Shown piece after piece: positions 1-14,600 of a stretch of 64,000 nt of DNA. The notes below the pieces were generated by a model, which saw only the letters and a program-made list of their open reading frames with translations, was not told the DNA's origin and searched no databases. This DNA comes from Antedon mediterranea (Eukaryota; Animalia; Echinodermata): the NCBI RefSeq assembly GCF_964355755.1, contig NC_092675.1, positions 1,359,812 to 1,423,811 on the forward strand, written 5' to 3'. A program made the position numbers and the translations under genes. Each line of letters begins with the position of its first letter. Within the stretch, counting starts at the first letter, position 1.

Positions 1-343
1 TGCTTAAGTCCGTTCTATATAAACTAGTTTGATAAAAAAAAAGCCTAATTTGGGTGTCTAGAAAACTTAATCTATAAACTCAGATCTCAGATATCTTAGT
101 TTTCAAGATCTAGGAATAGAGAGTGTCCCTAAATAAAGGGTTAACTACAGTGTTAAAACATTGCAACCATGTTCGTTTCACAGGAAAGTGTCATCTTAAT
201 TGGGATAAGGGTGTCCCAACGGAGAGATTCTGTATCTTGAGTAAAAAGATTGATAAATGCATGAACAAACACACCATCCAAAATAGCCTATAATCGGCGC
301 AACCAACTGATTACCTTAAAATGAGTACAATTGTTGAAAGTCT

Positions 344-495
344 AAAGCGCTGTCTACACTATCAAACTAGTTTGACAAAAAAAGTGTCATGTGCCCAAAT
401 ATGGTAGTGATATTACTAAATATGGTAGTGATATGACATCATCATGTCCATTATGAGCACATCACATTGTTTTGTCACATAAAGTTTGATAAGCG
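344..495. mobile_element. MITE family 1 copy (AAGCTCTGTCTACACTAT termini)
   Basis: Left end AAAGCGCTGTCTACACTATCAAACT and the same internal CCAAATATGGTAGTGATAT core as other copies; right end degraded. Confidence 0.7.
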
Positions 496-1632
496 TACAT
501 TCAGCAGCCTCTGGACCAGTGATCATTATCATAAAACTGAACCTGAACCTATTGTTAACACAAACTGTAACCCTTCACAATGGTCCACTGTCTACTTTCG
601 GATTTTCGATTCGTGGTCTTTTGAAAAGACATACTGTACTTTGATTTTTGTCGGGCAATTACAGTAATTATGATGGATTTAAAAACCTGTTGATTCGGCA
701 TGGTTAACAACAGCTTAAGGCAACATCGCAGTTTTGAATAAGAACAATAAACGCAACCGGAAACGTCGTTACTGCCGTAGAAATATATTTTAACGAATGA
801 AATCACAACAATAATCGCAATGTCTAGTTTATTAAGCGTCGGTACTGGTCTTCCTAAGCTAATTATAAACACTGTTTAGTAGAAGGAGGGTTGATATACT
901 GTAGCTAATGTATGGAGATGGTGAGATTATTATTGAAGGTTCTACATGATTAAGTGAGTTATTAAATTACAATAATAATTTGTACTAATTTTACAATAAT
1001 AGAAATAATATTATTATTATGTATAGGCATATATCTGGTATACCGTAAATGCAATAACTGATGATAGTTATCTTTTAAGGTCTTGACAATATAACAGAGG
1101 GGCGGTAGAATTTTAATAATTGACATTTCCAGAATTGTATGTTTTATGATAAACACTGTTAAAAAGCTTTTTTTTTTTAAACAAAACGAAATCTTAGAGA
1201 GTCCCACCATATTTATGTGTATGATGATGATGTGGTTGATCTCCCGTGATTGTTTGAGATCTTTTAACCTTTTGAAACTAGTTAACTTATGATAGATAGT
1301 ACGTTAGCTATTTTCGAGGCATTCTTGATTGCAGATTTTTAGGTTTAGGTCCTAGATTTACCAAAATCAGATCAGACGAAACCGTAATCCTACATCATCA
1401 GACATCCTCTGTGATCATACGTATAGGCTGATCGAATTTGGAGAGTGTTTGGCGGTGTTACACATGGATTCACACGTTATTTCCAGCCAGTAATTAATAA
1501 CTTGGCTCGACCAGACTGCAAGCAGTATTTTAGATCATTTATATGAGTAACCATTCTACATGAAATTAATCGGTTCCTCTTATTACCCAACCAACTAAAC
1601 ATGTTTAATTATTACAAAGTGCCGCCGACACT

Positions 1633-1710
1633 TTTAGTCCTACGCGCTTATATTGCATACACACTATCATTTAGTCCTACGCGCTTATATTGCATACACA
1701 CTATCATTTA
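1633..1710. repeat. 37-bp direct tandem duplication
   Basis: TTTAGTCCTACGCGCTTATATTGCATACACACTATCA occurs twice head to tail. Confidence 0.85.
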
Positions 1711-3536
1711 TATTATACCAAAGAAACATTTCTTTAAATGTTCTTCTTTTTTCTTTCGGAAAAAGTGAATTTAAGTTAAAATAAGTTCAAGCCATAATTT
1801 GGTTATAGGCAAATTTTAGATGTAATGCCAAATGTTGTCGAAAATGATTACCAAGTTTAAAATAAATATACAAAACGGTTTCTTAATGTCTTCAATGTAT
1901 AAACTTTGGTGAAAAGTGCAAATTCGCTGAACGCCTGGAAGTTTTATAAAAATTATAATCCATTTCAGCAATTATATAACGTCGGAAAACCCTCTTCACG
2001 TTCTATAAACCAGAACTGGATTATAAATATTTATTCCAAACTTCAATCATGGAAGGCACGAGCCGGGTTCTCATCCCAACTCTCAACAAAAAGTTTGGGA
2101 AAGAGGCACCGTATATTACCATGTGCAAAACAGATATCCAGTCTTTTTACGCCTGTTAAATGTTCTTCTTTGAGCCGACTTAACGAAGCATGACACACTC
2201 GCAAAGTGTGGTTGAGATACAAACAGCCGTTACAAATATTGCGTGTCATATCAATTGCTAGGCTTCAGGGTGTTTGAACGTACCCTAAAAGAGAGTGACA
2301 AACCGCGGAAAACTTGAATTACAGAAATTTCAAGCGTAAAGGATTGTGATAAAGGTAGGATATTGCTCATTGTCATCTTCTCGTGGTTTAACCCAACGAG
2401 GATTACCTTTAATTGCTTCCGTTAAATAATAACCAGATAATTAATGTAGTTTTATATTATACTTATTTGGCATTATTGATAAGATGTCTGAGTATTTTCG
2501 TTTGTCACTTGTCATGTTGTAGCTAATTTGTCTTAATGAATTTATCTTTTTACAAGTTTTCAGTTAAAGTTCAACATTGACATCAAAGTAATTCAAAACA
2601 AGAAAAAAAACTAAACGAAACTAAAAATCATTTTGACCTTTTTACGGTATGTTAATTTAAAAACATCAAACATTTATTTCATAAATTGCCATGTAATACA
2701 AAGCATAACATGAGGAATAGTCTAGAAGTAAACTTGCATCAATTGGCCCTTTGATATGATTACAAAAATAATAAGAACAAGTGAGAATATGTATTTCTAT
2801 ATATAGAGGGTACCGTACCAAAATTATAAAATCGTTGTATAGTATACTTTGGAAAAACAAATAATAACAGCGATTTAATTAAAAAAACCTGAATCAATTA
2901 AGAAGTCATGATAAACAATTGTATTTAAATTTAAGTTATTGATTTAGGAGCTAAAAATATTCGATACTAAATATGAACCAGTGATTTGTCATAATGAGAT
3001 TAGAATAGGGTGGGATATGACCGCATAATTTATTTCGAGAAAAAGATTTAGAGATAAGCAGAAATGTTCGAATGCTAAATCCTAGATGTATGCTTTCAAT
3101 TGATACTAGATTGTGAGAGTGTATTAATATGAAACAAACCATAATTAGACATAAAAAAGTTTTTTAAAAAAGTATCAAGGGCGCCTGTGTTCTTAATAAT
3201 TATAGATGACATGCAAACTGAATGTAACAATGTTAAATAGCGTTTTCCTTGTCCAATCACACTCAGGGTGGTAACTTATCTGCTGATGATTATTTCGCGA
3301 AGTCATTCTGTAGTAACTGGATTTGTGCCAGAGATTTAACACATCCATTTCTCCTCATTTTGACATTCTTTATTTCCGTCATGCTTTGTAAAAAAAGAAA
3401 GAGACTTCTTGAATAATAAACCGTAGTGTGTCATATTAATAGCCTAGTCATGTAAACGACGTCAATGTAAACGTTATGTAGGCCTATGCTGAGTATAAGT
3501 GTGGCAATGTTCCTTCTCTTAGCAGTGTATTTGATA

Positions 3537-4178
3537 GTGTTGTTGTTATTGTTGTTGCTGATGTTGCCTTTATTGTTGATGATGATGTTGCCTTTGTTGA
3601 TGTTGACTTTGTTGTTGTTGTTGATGATGATGTTTCCTTTCTTGATGTTGACTTTGTTGTTGTTGATGATGATGTTGCCTTTGTTGATGTTGACTTTGTT
3701 GTTGTTGATGTTGACTTTGTTGTTGTTGTTGATGATGATGTTGCCTTTGTTGATGTTGCCTTTGTCATTGTTGCTGATGTTGCCTTTGTTGGCTTTGTTG
3801 TTGTTGATGATGATATTGCCTTTCTTGATGTTGACTTTGTTGTTGATGATGATGTTGCCTTTGTTGATGTTGACTTTGTTGTTGTTGATGATGATGTTTC
3901 CTTTCTTGATGTTGACTTTGTTGTTGATGATGATGTTGCCTTTGTTGATGTTGACTTTGTTGTTGTTGATGTTGACTTTGTTGTTGTTGATGATGATGTT
4001 GCCTTTGTTGATGTTGCCTTTGTCGTTGTTGCTGATGTTGACTTTGTTGCCTTTGTTGTTGTTGATGATGATGTTGCCTTTGTTGTTGTTGATGATGATG
4101 TTGCCTTTGTCGTTGTTGCCTTTGTTGATTTTGCCTTTGTTATTGTTGATGATGTTGCATTTGTTGTTGTTGTTTTGT
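3537..4178. repeat. Compound TTG/ATG triplet low-complexity repeat with higher-order units
   Basis: Recurrent TTGTTGATGATGATGTTGCCTTTGTTGATGTTGACT blocks; produce poly-Leu/Met (+) and Thr/Ser/Lys (-) ORFs. Confidence 0.85.
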
Positions 4179-5806
4179 TATGCGAACGCAGTCAAACTAG
4201 TCTGTATATATTATTAAAAAAATCGAAGTATGTTGGCAAAAAGGAGTAATATAAAAGATTTTAAGATAAGTGTCGGTCCATTTATATAACAAAATACATT
4301 TTTGTTTTCTTCAGTTTTTTATACTGATGATAGCTGATAGCTTTTTTCTTTGACAATAACATTTTTAGTTTAAACAAGAAATGAACAGATTTAATTTGCT
4401 ATGTTAAATGTAAGAGTGTTTACTTCAGATTTACACTGGATGGTTGTTTACCCAACTACAAAAGACAGATTATCCTTTTAATTCAATACTTTTAAGGCCA
4501 CATGTATTGGAAAGGCTGAACACAATTTGCTTTTACCTGTGTTGAATCTAAGGCTGCTAATCATATAAATAGATAGGCATTGTTTGCGTTGGTGTTGAAA
4601 AGTTTCAATGACATAATATGTAACTTATTCTGTGTAAATTCATTATTATTTGTTTAAATTAAAAGTTCAGACAAGAATATGAGATAAACAATTTTTGACT
4701 ATGTGTTTTACGATGTGTAGGCCTACTTCTATTAATGTTTATGACGTTATTCAATGCATGTTCAATGTTTCTCTATATGTGTCAAAAGACTAAAACGTGT
4801 CACGTGTTATAACTAGTATAGCTAACTAATTACTCTACATCTTGGCAAAGATTTTGTTCAATAAAGATTTCGTGTCGGCGGCTCTTTAGAAGATTAACTT
4901 GGAAATTGAATTTTTAGAAAGTAGGTTTGCTAATACATTATCTTAACCAGACTTACTCTTTTTTTTTAAATAAAAAAGGGCATTATTGTTTTTTAATTTT
5001 ATCATTTATACCGATGTTCAACTTCCTGTTCAAAACCAAGATTGGATGGGCGTCGTACCAATGTCTGTTTGTTGTTTTTTTTTTTGTTTTTTTTTCAAGA
5101 TTTAATTGTTGAATTGTTGTAGAAACAACTAAAAGGTAGTATTTGCAGAGTGGCGATTGAGAGAGGGGTCTGTGTTTTTACAAAAATGACAGATTTTATT
5201 TATTTGGTATATCTTGTTGAATTTGTGGGGGTGTATGTAATGTTACTTTTAATATTGTTTCCAACACATACAGTCAATCTAATTATAGTACAAGATGCTT
5301 AGTATTAACTAATATTAATATACAGTATTCTTGAAAATGAAACCCAGTCTAAAGAAACAAATATAAATATTAATTGCTTTCTTTTACCATAGTCTAGTGA
5401 TTATATTATACTTAAACGAAAGCTTCAGATTAAGAACTATAATCCGACTGTCTGGAATAATCACGTCAATAGTTTATCCATCTATATACAAATTTTATTA
5501 CAGGAAATTGCCTTAACTCGCTCGCGGAAACTCTGGCAATGGAACGGAATTATCAATAATAATAATCGATATAGCAAATTAATTGCATTATTCGATAAGA
5601 ATACGTTAAAAGTATATAGGTAATATTAGGCACTTTCAATTGCACTTGTGAGGAATTACTGCGAAAAGAGCAGTTAAAGCTTCTGCGAACGCTTGCGAAC
5701 TAAATTTAAACTGCGTATTGATAATTGCCGCGCCGCCTACGCCAAATTAGGGTAGTCACGAAAGGTAATTTACTGCACTGATTGGTTTATATGTTTCGTC
5801 ACATTG

Positions 5807-5837
<31 letters not shown>

Positions 5838-6419
5838 TCATTTTTTTTTATTCATTTCAAAAAATACAACCATAACACAAATCACTTAACTATAAAGTAA
5901 TAAATATCAAAAAGATATGAACGTTTAAATAAAGTAACTTACAGTGATCAAACAATACATTGGTTCTTACTTATTATTTAGTTGGATTCAATTCAATTCA
6001 ATTCAATTCAACGTAAACATTTATTTTCTTTCTTTCAATCAATAATAAAACAAATGAATAAGGTATTAAAATTAAAAAGTAAGTACGAGTTTCAAATAAT
6101 ACTGTAAATTTCATGAATATAATATATAAACACGACAGGCAAAGAACATTAGTTCTAAACCACCCGGTGATTATATGTAGAAATACAATCAATGTATAAG
6201 TCCCTAATTCCTAAACGAACCGGACATGTTTTGCTTTAAGAAAGTTCAATTTCTTTTTATTTCCACATCCACAATATAACAACATCAATAAACATTAGGA
6301 TAAAATGGTTAGTTAATAGATAAACTTGCATACAAATACAACAACAAAAAGTAGTTTAGTCATGAGATGTTTTTAAGTTTGACCCACCCCGAAACTTAGC
6401 AATAGTTGTTAGGCCTATA

Positions 6420-6586
6420 AAAGCCCTGTCTACACTATCAAACTACTTTGACAAAAAAAACGTGTGATGTGCCCAAATATGGTAGTGATATTCTCAAATA
6501 TTGTAGTGATATGACATCATCATGTCCATATATGGGCACATCACATTTTTTGTCACATAAAGTTTGATAGTGTAGACAAGGCTTAT
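6420..6586. mobile_element. MITE family 1 copy
   Basis: TIRs AAGCCCTGTCTACACTATCAAACT ... AGTTTGATAGTGTAGACAAGGCTT, no coding capacity. Confidence 0.85.
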
Positions 6587-9500
6587 AACCCTTCTTTAAA
6601 CAGAAAAAAATGTGGTTAAAATTATTTAATGAAGTTAAACTGATATGAAAATAGTAAAACAATCATCTGTTTACATTTATTCAAAAGGTAAAAATATACT
6701 TTATAAGTTACAAATAAACGATCACAGCTATAAATAACAATGCATTTTTTTTTACCACAAAATGTTGGGTTATTGTTTTAAACCACAGGAGTCATTTCAT
6801 ACGATATAATTTAAATATAATCATGATTGAAATTTAACAGTTACCACAGAATTATATACTGAAGGCTTTCATGGGGGTGGAAGATAGTACCTGGAAATGT
6901 ATCACTATCAAACACAGATCAACTCAAGGTGACTGTTGTTCCACTCTAACGCCTCCCCATACGCAGTGATTCACCTGAAGTTTTCCGAATTCGACCGAAA
7001 GGACTAACGGAAGTACTGTTTCCTCGTCTGAAAATAGTTATGTCTAGAGAGCACTAGAGTAAACCACCATGCGTATATATGTTATCACCTTAAAACCGGT
7101 ACATTGCAATTAGCGTTCAGTCGTGTGCAAGGCCTCATTCGAGTAATACATCTTTGCCAATTTAAGTCTACAGTCATATCCAAGATAGGAAAGTTTAACA
7201 AGGATACCTGGTAAGTTTTGTCCATTATTATGGAGTACCTTATTATATGGTGTTCCTAATCTCTAACTTCATATATCGCATTTTTCGCTTAGGCTTGAGA
7301 TTCGAATGGCGTTTAAATAATATGATATTGTTATTGTTGATATAGTTATTTAGTAGATATTTCTGTCAATATAATCAAGTAGGCCTATTTTTTATTCATA
7401 ATTGTAAAATCACTAAAAATAAAATACCCACTATTCCTATATCTACAGATGTAGCGTTAGACTAAGCCTACCTCATTTGTTTTTTGTATTTCACTTTATA
7501 TATTGGGAACTTATAATACTAATTAACTTATGCAAATATCACTGTCAACAATAAAGTTGACATCATTATGTAGGAATCAATTGTCAGAAAACAAGAAGAA
7601 AACAAAATGAGACTAAAATGGATGGATTGTTTAACAATAATAGGGACCTTGCATAAGCATATTTAAATTAAATAAAATAAATTTCACTATTTAATAACAG
7701 AAAAAGAATAAATTTACATTAAACAGTTATATTACATTAACAAATATTAACAGACATTTACAGACTATCAATATGTCTGAGAAACTTGGCAAAATGCCCG
7801 AACAGACGATAGACTAGCCAAATAAACAAAATCAAATTTGTAATTTTTAAATTTGCATATGGTATCTGTAGACGTATTCACCAATCACACTTAAGTGTAT
7901 CCTTTAAATACTAAGCATTTCACTTAGGTCAATACATATTTAAGTGACATTCATTTTTAAATAGGAGCTTTTGTAAATAGCCTATGTTAGCAACATGTAT
8001 AATAATACATGATTTATTTTTTCTTTGAATGTGAAAGTTATGACGATAATGGACGATCATCAAGAGTCCTGTAGTACCGGGCATTTAAACATGTTTGTAT
8101 AAACATCATTTGTATTTTGAGGATTGAGGACATCCTTAATGATACATGATGCAGTGGCTCGTTACATACTTATAGCCGTCAATCTGCTAATAGTCTAGTG
8201 AAAACTCTCCAATATAGTATAGACTTAGTACCTTTATTGTTGATTTAACTCTTTTCACTAAAACTGTGAAGGATGTTCTATTTACTGTGTATACGAAAGG
8301 AAAACAATCATTATGTAATACTTTACATAACTATCTAGGTAACCAATCCGTCATGTTCAACTATGTCCAACGTCATACATTGCCAGCAGCAAAAGAGAAT
8401 CTTCACCCTTAATTTAACATGTCTTTGTAACCGGTTACCGTGTCCCAAAAATATCGTTCTTTTTGCTTATATTCAACGAAGATAGACCAACACATTCATT
8501 ACGTCATATGTAATATTTAAATACACGATGTAACGTCAGTGGTGCACGAAAGAGAGACACGGAGAACGCTTTCAACCGATGACGATTATGACATTGTGCG
8601 CATGAGTCAACTCGGTATTTTTTGTGGAACACATTGATTTTTTTTTACAAAACAAGTGTTACTTTTTTTAATCGTTTACTTTGATACTTCTTGGCAAAGA
8701 TTTTGTTAGATAAAGAGTTCGTGTCAGCGGCTCTTCAGAAGATCAAATGTTCCAATACGGTATCCTATTACTCTTTTAAAATATCATTTCGAATCTACCA
8801 ACGGATTTTCTTTTTGGACGACACCAGTAATAAAATGAATCTTGAATCTATGTACTGTATATTATGATTAGCAGTCTAACGTTAATAAGACATGATATGG
8901 AAACTCGTCTGGTTACAAATCGGTTCATTAGGCCTACTTCCCTGACATGATAGCAAGCATTACAAACATTATCAACATAATAATAACATGCATACATTAA
9001 AAATAAAAATCACAATAGGGTGTCATGGGAAATTCCTCAAATATAAAATAAATTGCAACGCAAGTCACGATAAAGGAGCCAGCTTTTCTGTAACATAATT
9101 AGAATTCCGTTGGTTGTTTCCAATTCTTAGAAATATTGATTTGAATCATCAGTTGTGCCAATCAAAAACATAGCAAACCGATCATTTTAACCAATCAAAA
9201 CGCTCAATACTTTAATCAGTATCCGGGGGTTTTTTTTGGTCATGGTTGATAGATATTAAACAAATTTTACATTAAAAAACAGGGTCAGCATTGATAACGC
9301 CCTTAATGCATACCTGTGGTACACCTAATATTTTTCAACTATTGTCAAACGTTCGCCCGAATAAAAGTCAGTTTTCACAGTTCACACAACAAAAGCAAGT
9401 AACATAATCTAGGCCTAATGCATCATTTTAATTTCTGTTGTTCAATTTAGCCTACACAAAACAAAACATTTATTTTTTTTATAACTCAATCCTTAAATTG

Positions 9501-10640
9501 ATTTTCTTTGACAAGGTTTGCAGATATACCGCGCCTCTATTAGGCATGTATTTTTTTTTTTTTAGAAAAGGTGATTTTGCAGATCTTTATTTTCAATTAT
9601 TTATCGGTGCCTCACACTCATGTTGCCCTTCCTAATAAAAGTGAATTTGTTTGATAAGAAATTAAAGTTACGTGCTTTTTAAAAGCTGGGGTCATACACA
9701 GTCATCAAAATGTACGCATAGCCGGAAGTGATTGTTTAAGAGATATGTGGGATATGTTGATAAAGTACATTGACTCGCTAACATCATGAAGTATGAATGG
9801 AAACACACAGCAGTTATATTAGATAGGCGATCGATTCATTTAGTAACAATGTAATGGTTAAAATGTAAAGTTCATACACACATAGTTTGCTGGTACGGAT
9901 CCAAGTGGTTAGGGAATTATTATTATTATTTATAATTATTATTTATATTCGTTTTATATACCTCGCAACTGAGTGTAAACCCTTAAGCTCGGTTCACACT
10001 AGAGACCGTACCTCGCAACTGAGTGTAAACCCTTAAGCTCGGTTCACACTAGAGACGCAACGCAAGGACGCAAAGCGCAACGCAAATTAATTGACCAATC
10101 ACGGCTCATCCGAACTGTCTATTGCGATTGATCAGTTGATAATTACATAATATATAATAAACAATTTAATCTAGTTATATATAAGCACTTATAAAGTTTC
10201 ACCCGAAAATAATATATAATTATATATACATTATAGGCCTACTTACTGTGTTAACTCACTGCTTCTACATAACGTTACTTTTCATATTAGAAAATTAAAA
10301 TATTTATGACATGTGATTGAGTAACTTATGAGCGTTCATTCAACTTTAGATTAAAATGTTAGGCAAGATTTCAAGTTTTTAATAGAAATTAACAATTGTA
10401 AAACTACAATGGCTACAAAAGCTGTCTTGGGTTTTTTTTAAATATGATTTCGTCATTACGATGACTGTAACAATAATTAAATATTTTAATCTTACACAAA
10501 TCTGTATCCTCACTACAATTGTATTTAAGTACCGTATGTAGACGTTTTTAGAATTCACTTTTAGTGTTTCTTAAACCATGGAGTAAAATTCCGGTAATTC
10601 ATTCATAATAAACACATACAATGTATAATAACAATCTATA

Positions 10641-10877
10641 GGGGTGAGTCCCGTGTTCTCTGAACGTAGGGGAATGAGCTGTTAGGAGCTCATTGTACTA
10701 AGCCTCGGCATTATGTGGTAGGGTGGCCAGTTCCTTTCCACGCCGCCTTTTTTCTCCCTAGTATTTTCAACCAGGTACTCATTTTACAGCTGAGTGGATT
10801 GGGAGTTGTCGGGCATTGAACCCGGGTCTATCTGTACGACAGTCAAGTGTCCTAACCACTCGGCTATCCAACTCCTC
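10641..10877 (-). mobile_element. tRNA-derived SINE with 11-bp target-site duplication
   Basis: Minus strand has A box (TAGCCGAGTGG) and B-box-like GGTTCAATGCC, then CCACTCAGCTGTAAAATGAGTACC; flanked by AACAATCTATA at 10630-10640 and 10878-10888. Confidence 0.85.
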
Positions 10878-11040
10878 AACAATCTATAAGGTCTCCTAAA
10901 TTAAATTGTATTTATCTTCATTTTCAGGCTTATGCCTTACTATGTTGCTATCTTGATGAGCTATCAAAGATAGAAATAAATAGGGTGTTATTATATAGGC
11001 TAGGTATAAGTTTGATTGAACTAGGCAATCTGACTCAGTA

Positions 11041-11154
11041 TTAAGCTTGGCTCCCACTTGGACAACGCAAGGACGTAAGCGCACCTTCCGAACGTGTCGT
11101 TGCGCGTGCGCCTACGTCACTGTTACGTTGGTTCCAAGTGGAAATCAAGATTTA
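11041..11154. mobile_element. Short MITE (PIF/Harbinger-like ends)
   Basis: Imperfect TIRs AAGCTTGGCTCCCACTTGGA ... TCCAAGTGGAAATCAAGATT; shares CAACGCAAGGACG with a related element near 10033-10090. Confidence 0.5.
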
Positions 11155-11659
11155 GACCTACATACCAAGATGGTTTATAAAGGAAGATATTTCTATTAAC
11201 GAATACTGCACTTTAATGATACAGATACGTATGTTAATGTGCCAAAGTTGAAAATATACATTAGTATTTTTTAAAAGTTGTGGGTGCACGATTTCCAGAA
11301 ACATCACAATGACAATTGACACAAACTGTAACCATTCACACGGATTTGAAAGTCGACGGACAATAATGTCAAATTCTATTGGTTTTAGTGGGATAAGCTT
11401 CATCTGCGTGCTATTCAATCGCGTCAAACTCAAACAATTACAAGTGTTCTTTCTAATTCAAAAGATTACTAAAGCTGTATTTTTTACAATCTTATCCAAA
11501 TGAACCCAACTCAAGGTAGCATAATAGCCGCAGGTTTATTATTCAGCAGGTTCGTGTAGTATAAGAGCGTAGTGAAATTGTGATTTTAAAACAGATTTGT
11601 CGTTTGTTTGTAATTCTAGGAGCCAGTTTGAACATACCAGATACAGCCGACAGTACAGT

Positions 11660-14600
11660 ATGAGCACTGCAGTTATAAGGAATGCTGTAGACCCAAGTAA
11701 AACAATGTCGAACAACGCGAAGCGAAGAAAGATGGAGGAGAAATATGCAATCAGTAAAAAGCCATCTGAAAACGGACATAAAACTAATGGCGAAAAAGAG
11801 TGCGTTTTGCTGAAGAAAAATCAATTCGGGGATGATTCGGACGGATTTATGAGTAATGGTGATTGGAAGAAACGATGGGATAACCAACAAACAAAATTCC
11901 ATAAAGAAGTATACCACGAGTAAGTATATTTATGTAATAAATTCAAAATAATGCCAGTAAAAAACGTACACTTTATTCCTTAGACCACGTATTTCATTTG
12001 TATTTATCGGAAAATCACTTCAAATCTACAGCCATTTTTATCATCCTCTTTTTTTTTAATTCAACTTCTCATAACTCTGTTAGTGAAGAATCAGGACCAA
12101 CAGGTGGTAAACACCTTTAAAACGGTCCAGTCCAAATTTCATAGTCGCTTCATTCTTCGACTCACGAAGTTTTGTCGGATTGGATTCAGGCGACAATCAA
12201 CGACAAAATCGAAAATCGAAAGCCCTCGTTTACGAAATATTACTTGTTGATATAAAGTTTGCGGTACACCACGTATATTAGTTGTGAAAAGAACTGTTGA
12301 GTTTATTTATTGAAATTTCAAAACATCATCTTACTTGTAATTTCAAAACATCATCAGTATATACAAATACACTATTTTAGTGATAAGCACAAGATTATTA
12401 TATTTATAGTTCTATATAGGCCTACAGTACTGTTTTTCCATAAATGATATTTACAATAGCATATCTACTTGTTTTTATAAATAACCTATTTACAATATCC
12501 TGTCTTGTTTGATAATTACAGCATACTTCTGAGTTATTATGACGCAATGCTGAATAACAAAACCAAGTGTAGATTTTTTGTTCCGCTTTGTGGAAAATCA
12601 GTGGACATGAAATGGTAAGTGAACCAAAACCAGACATTTTATTGGTTTTTATTGGTCTGTGGGAATGAAAATTATATTGCATTCAACTTATTCTAGTCCA
12701 TAATTAAACATTATAGTTAACAATCTATTGATAAGTTATAGTAATTTTCATTGTGACTCGACGAAATACCTTTCCCATGACTTCTAATATATATTACTTC
12801 AATTCAATTTATTTATTCCGTCAAGCACTTTGCCTCGAAAATTGTTTTGCTTGTCACGTATATAAAACATTAACAATATAATAAAGTGGTTAAAATACAA
12901 ACAGTACGGCACCAAGGGGTAAAAAACAAACAGTACGGCACCAAGGGGTAAAAAACAAACAGTACGGCACCAAGGGGTAAAAAACAAACAGTACGGCACC
13001 AAGGGGTAAAAAACAAACAGTACGGCACCAAGGGGTAAAATACAAACAGTACGGCACCAAGGGGTAAAAAACAAACAGTACGGCACCAAGGGGTAAAAAA
13101 CAAACAGTACGGCACCAAGGGGTAAAAAACAAACAGTACGGCACCAAGGGGTAAAAAACAAACAGTACGGCACCAAGGGGTAAAAAACAAACAGTACGGC
13201 ACCAAGGGGTAAAAAACAAACAGTACGGCACCAAGGGGTAAAAAACAAACAGTACGGCACCAAGGGGTAAAAAACAAACAGTACGGCACCAAGGGGTAAA
13301 ATACAAAAGCAACAATATATTATATCAGAAGTCAGCATCAACTAAAAACAATGCGACTTGTTTAGCATTTAATACAAAGAAATATTAACTTTAAAAGTTA
13401 ACTTTCTATAAATATAAATGATCATTACCATGCTGGAGTGAGTGAGCCTTTTATAGTCGTTCAACAATACTGATTTTTCTAGTGAAACGCCTACAATTAA
13501 ATACTTTTACTTTGTGGTACAATTACCAGAATCTTCAATTCACTCTGAGATAATGAAAACCATTATGCAAAACTAATTTTATGTATACAATTATTTATTA
13601 AAGGTTATTAGATAAGGGTCATTCTGTCGTAGGATGTGAACTAGTAGAACTTGGAGTACAGCAATTCTTTAGGGAACAAGACATTGAATACACAGTAGAA
13701 GAAATTCCAAATATCACAAATGGCAAATTATACAAGGTAGGTTGTTCTGTCTTTATGCAACGACCAAAACGGTTCTAAAGATATAACCCATGCTTCAGCT
13801 AAATTAAACATCATACTTTTATATTGAATGATAATCAAATTAAACGATATAAAACAAACAGTACAGTAAATTTTAATGAAGTCATAACTACAATAATCGC
13901 ATAGAGGAACAATCAACTTAGCAAATTAATCTCCTGTATTATACCAGTATGGAAAATCCATTGACATCCATCCTCCTTATTAAGTGACCATTCAAAACCA
14001 CAGATGATGACCACCTTTTTAATTTGACCCTCTATTATCAATCCTAGCTAACACCTACACATTTTGAAATTATTTTCTTCAAATAGTCCTATCAAGCTAC
14101 ATATGTTGTTATCATTATCTCATTTACTTTATAATCCTGATGCATTTATTAGAGGCACTGGTGCATGGAGTTCGGTTTATTGTAAATTTCCACTGACTAA
14201 TAACCTAATGCTGATTCATCTATTGCTTCAAACTCTACTGTATCTCCACATTATGCCATCAACTTTCCAGTATCATAAGCAATTATGTAATACAATGTCT
14301 CACATAATGTATCACAAGTGGTGCGGTTACGGTTATGGTTAGGCTAAAGCTCTGTCTACACTATCATACTAGTTTGATAAAAAAAATGTGATGTGGCCAA
14401 ATATGGTAGTGATATGCCCATATATGGTAGTGAAATTACATCATCATGTGGGAACAATTTTGTCACAAAGTTTTATAGTATAGACAGAGCTTTATGTTAT
14501 AATCAGGTGTCACATATGATACATAAATTACACTGTATTTCTGAATTATCTATGATACTGGAAAAACTATGCAGTACCAAGAATCAAGATATATATGCAA

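Noticed and set aside
275-872. Possible minus-strand exons (NQLVAPIIGYFG; 105-aa ORF)
   Set aside because: Too short to assign, and I could not build a consistent spliced model.
3484-4217. 243-aa poly-Leu ORF and Thr/Ser mucin-like antisense ORF
   Set aside because: Triplet simple repeat; the minus-strand frames are closed by stops just upstream, with no convincing splice acceptor.
12890-13306. 29-bp repeat as a CRISPR array, and its three overlapping ORFs
   Set aside because: No unique spacers, intronic in a eukaryotic gene; the ORFs arise from a stop-free repeat unit.
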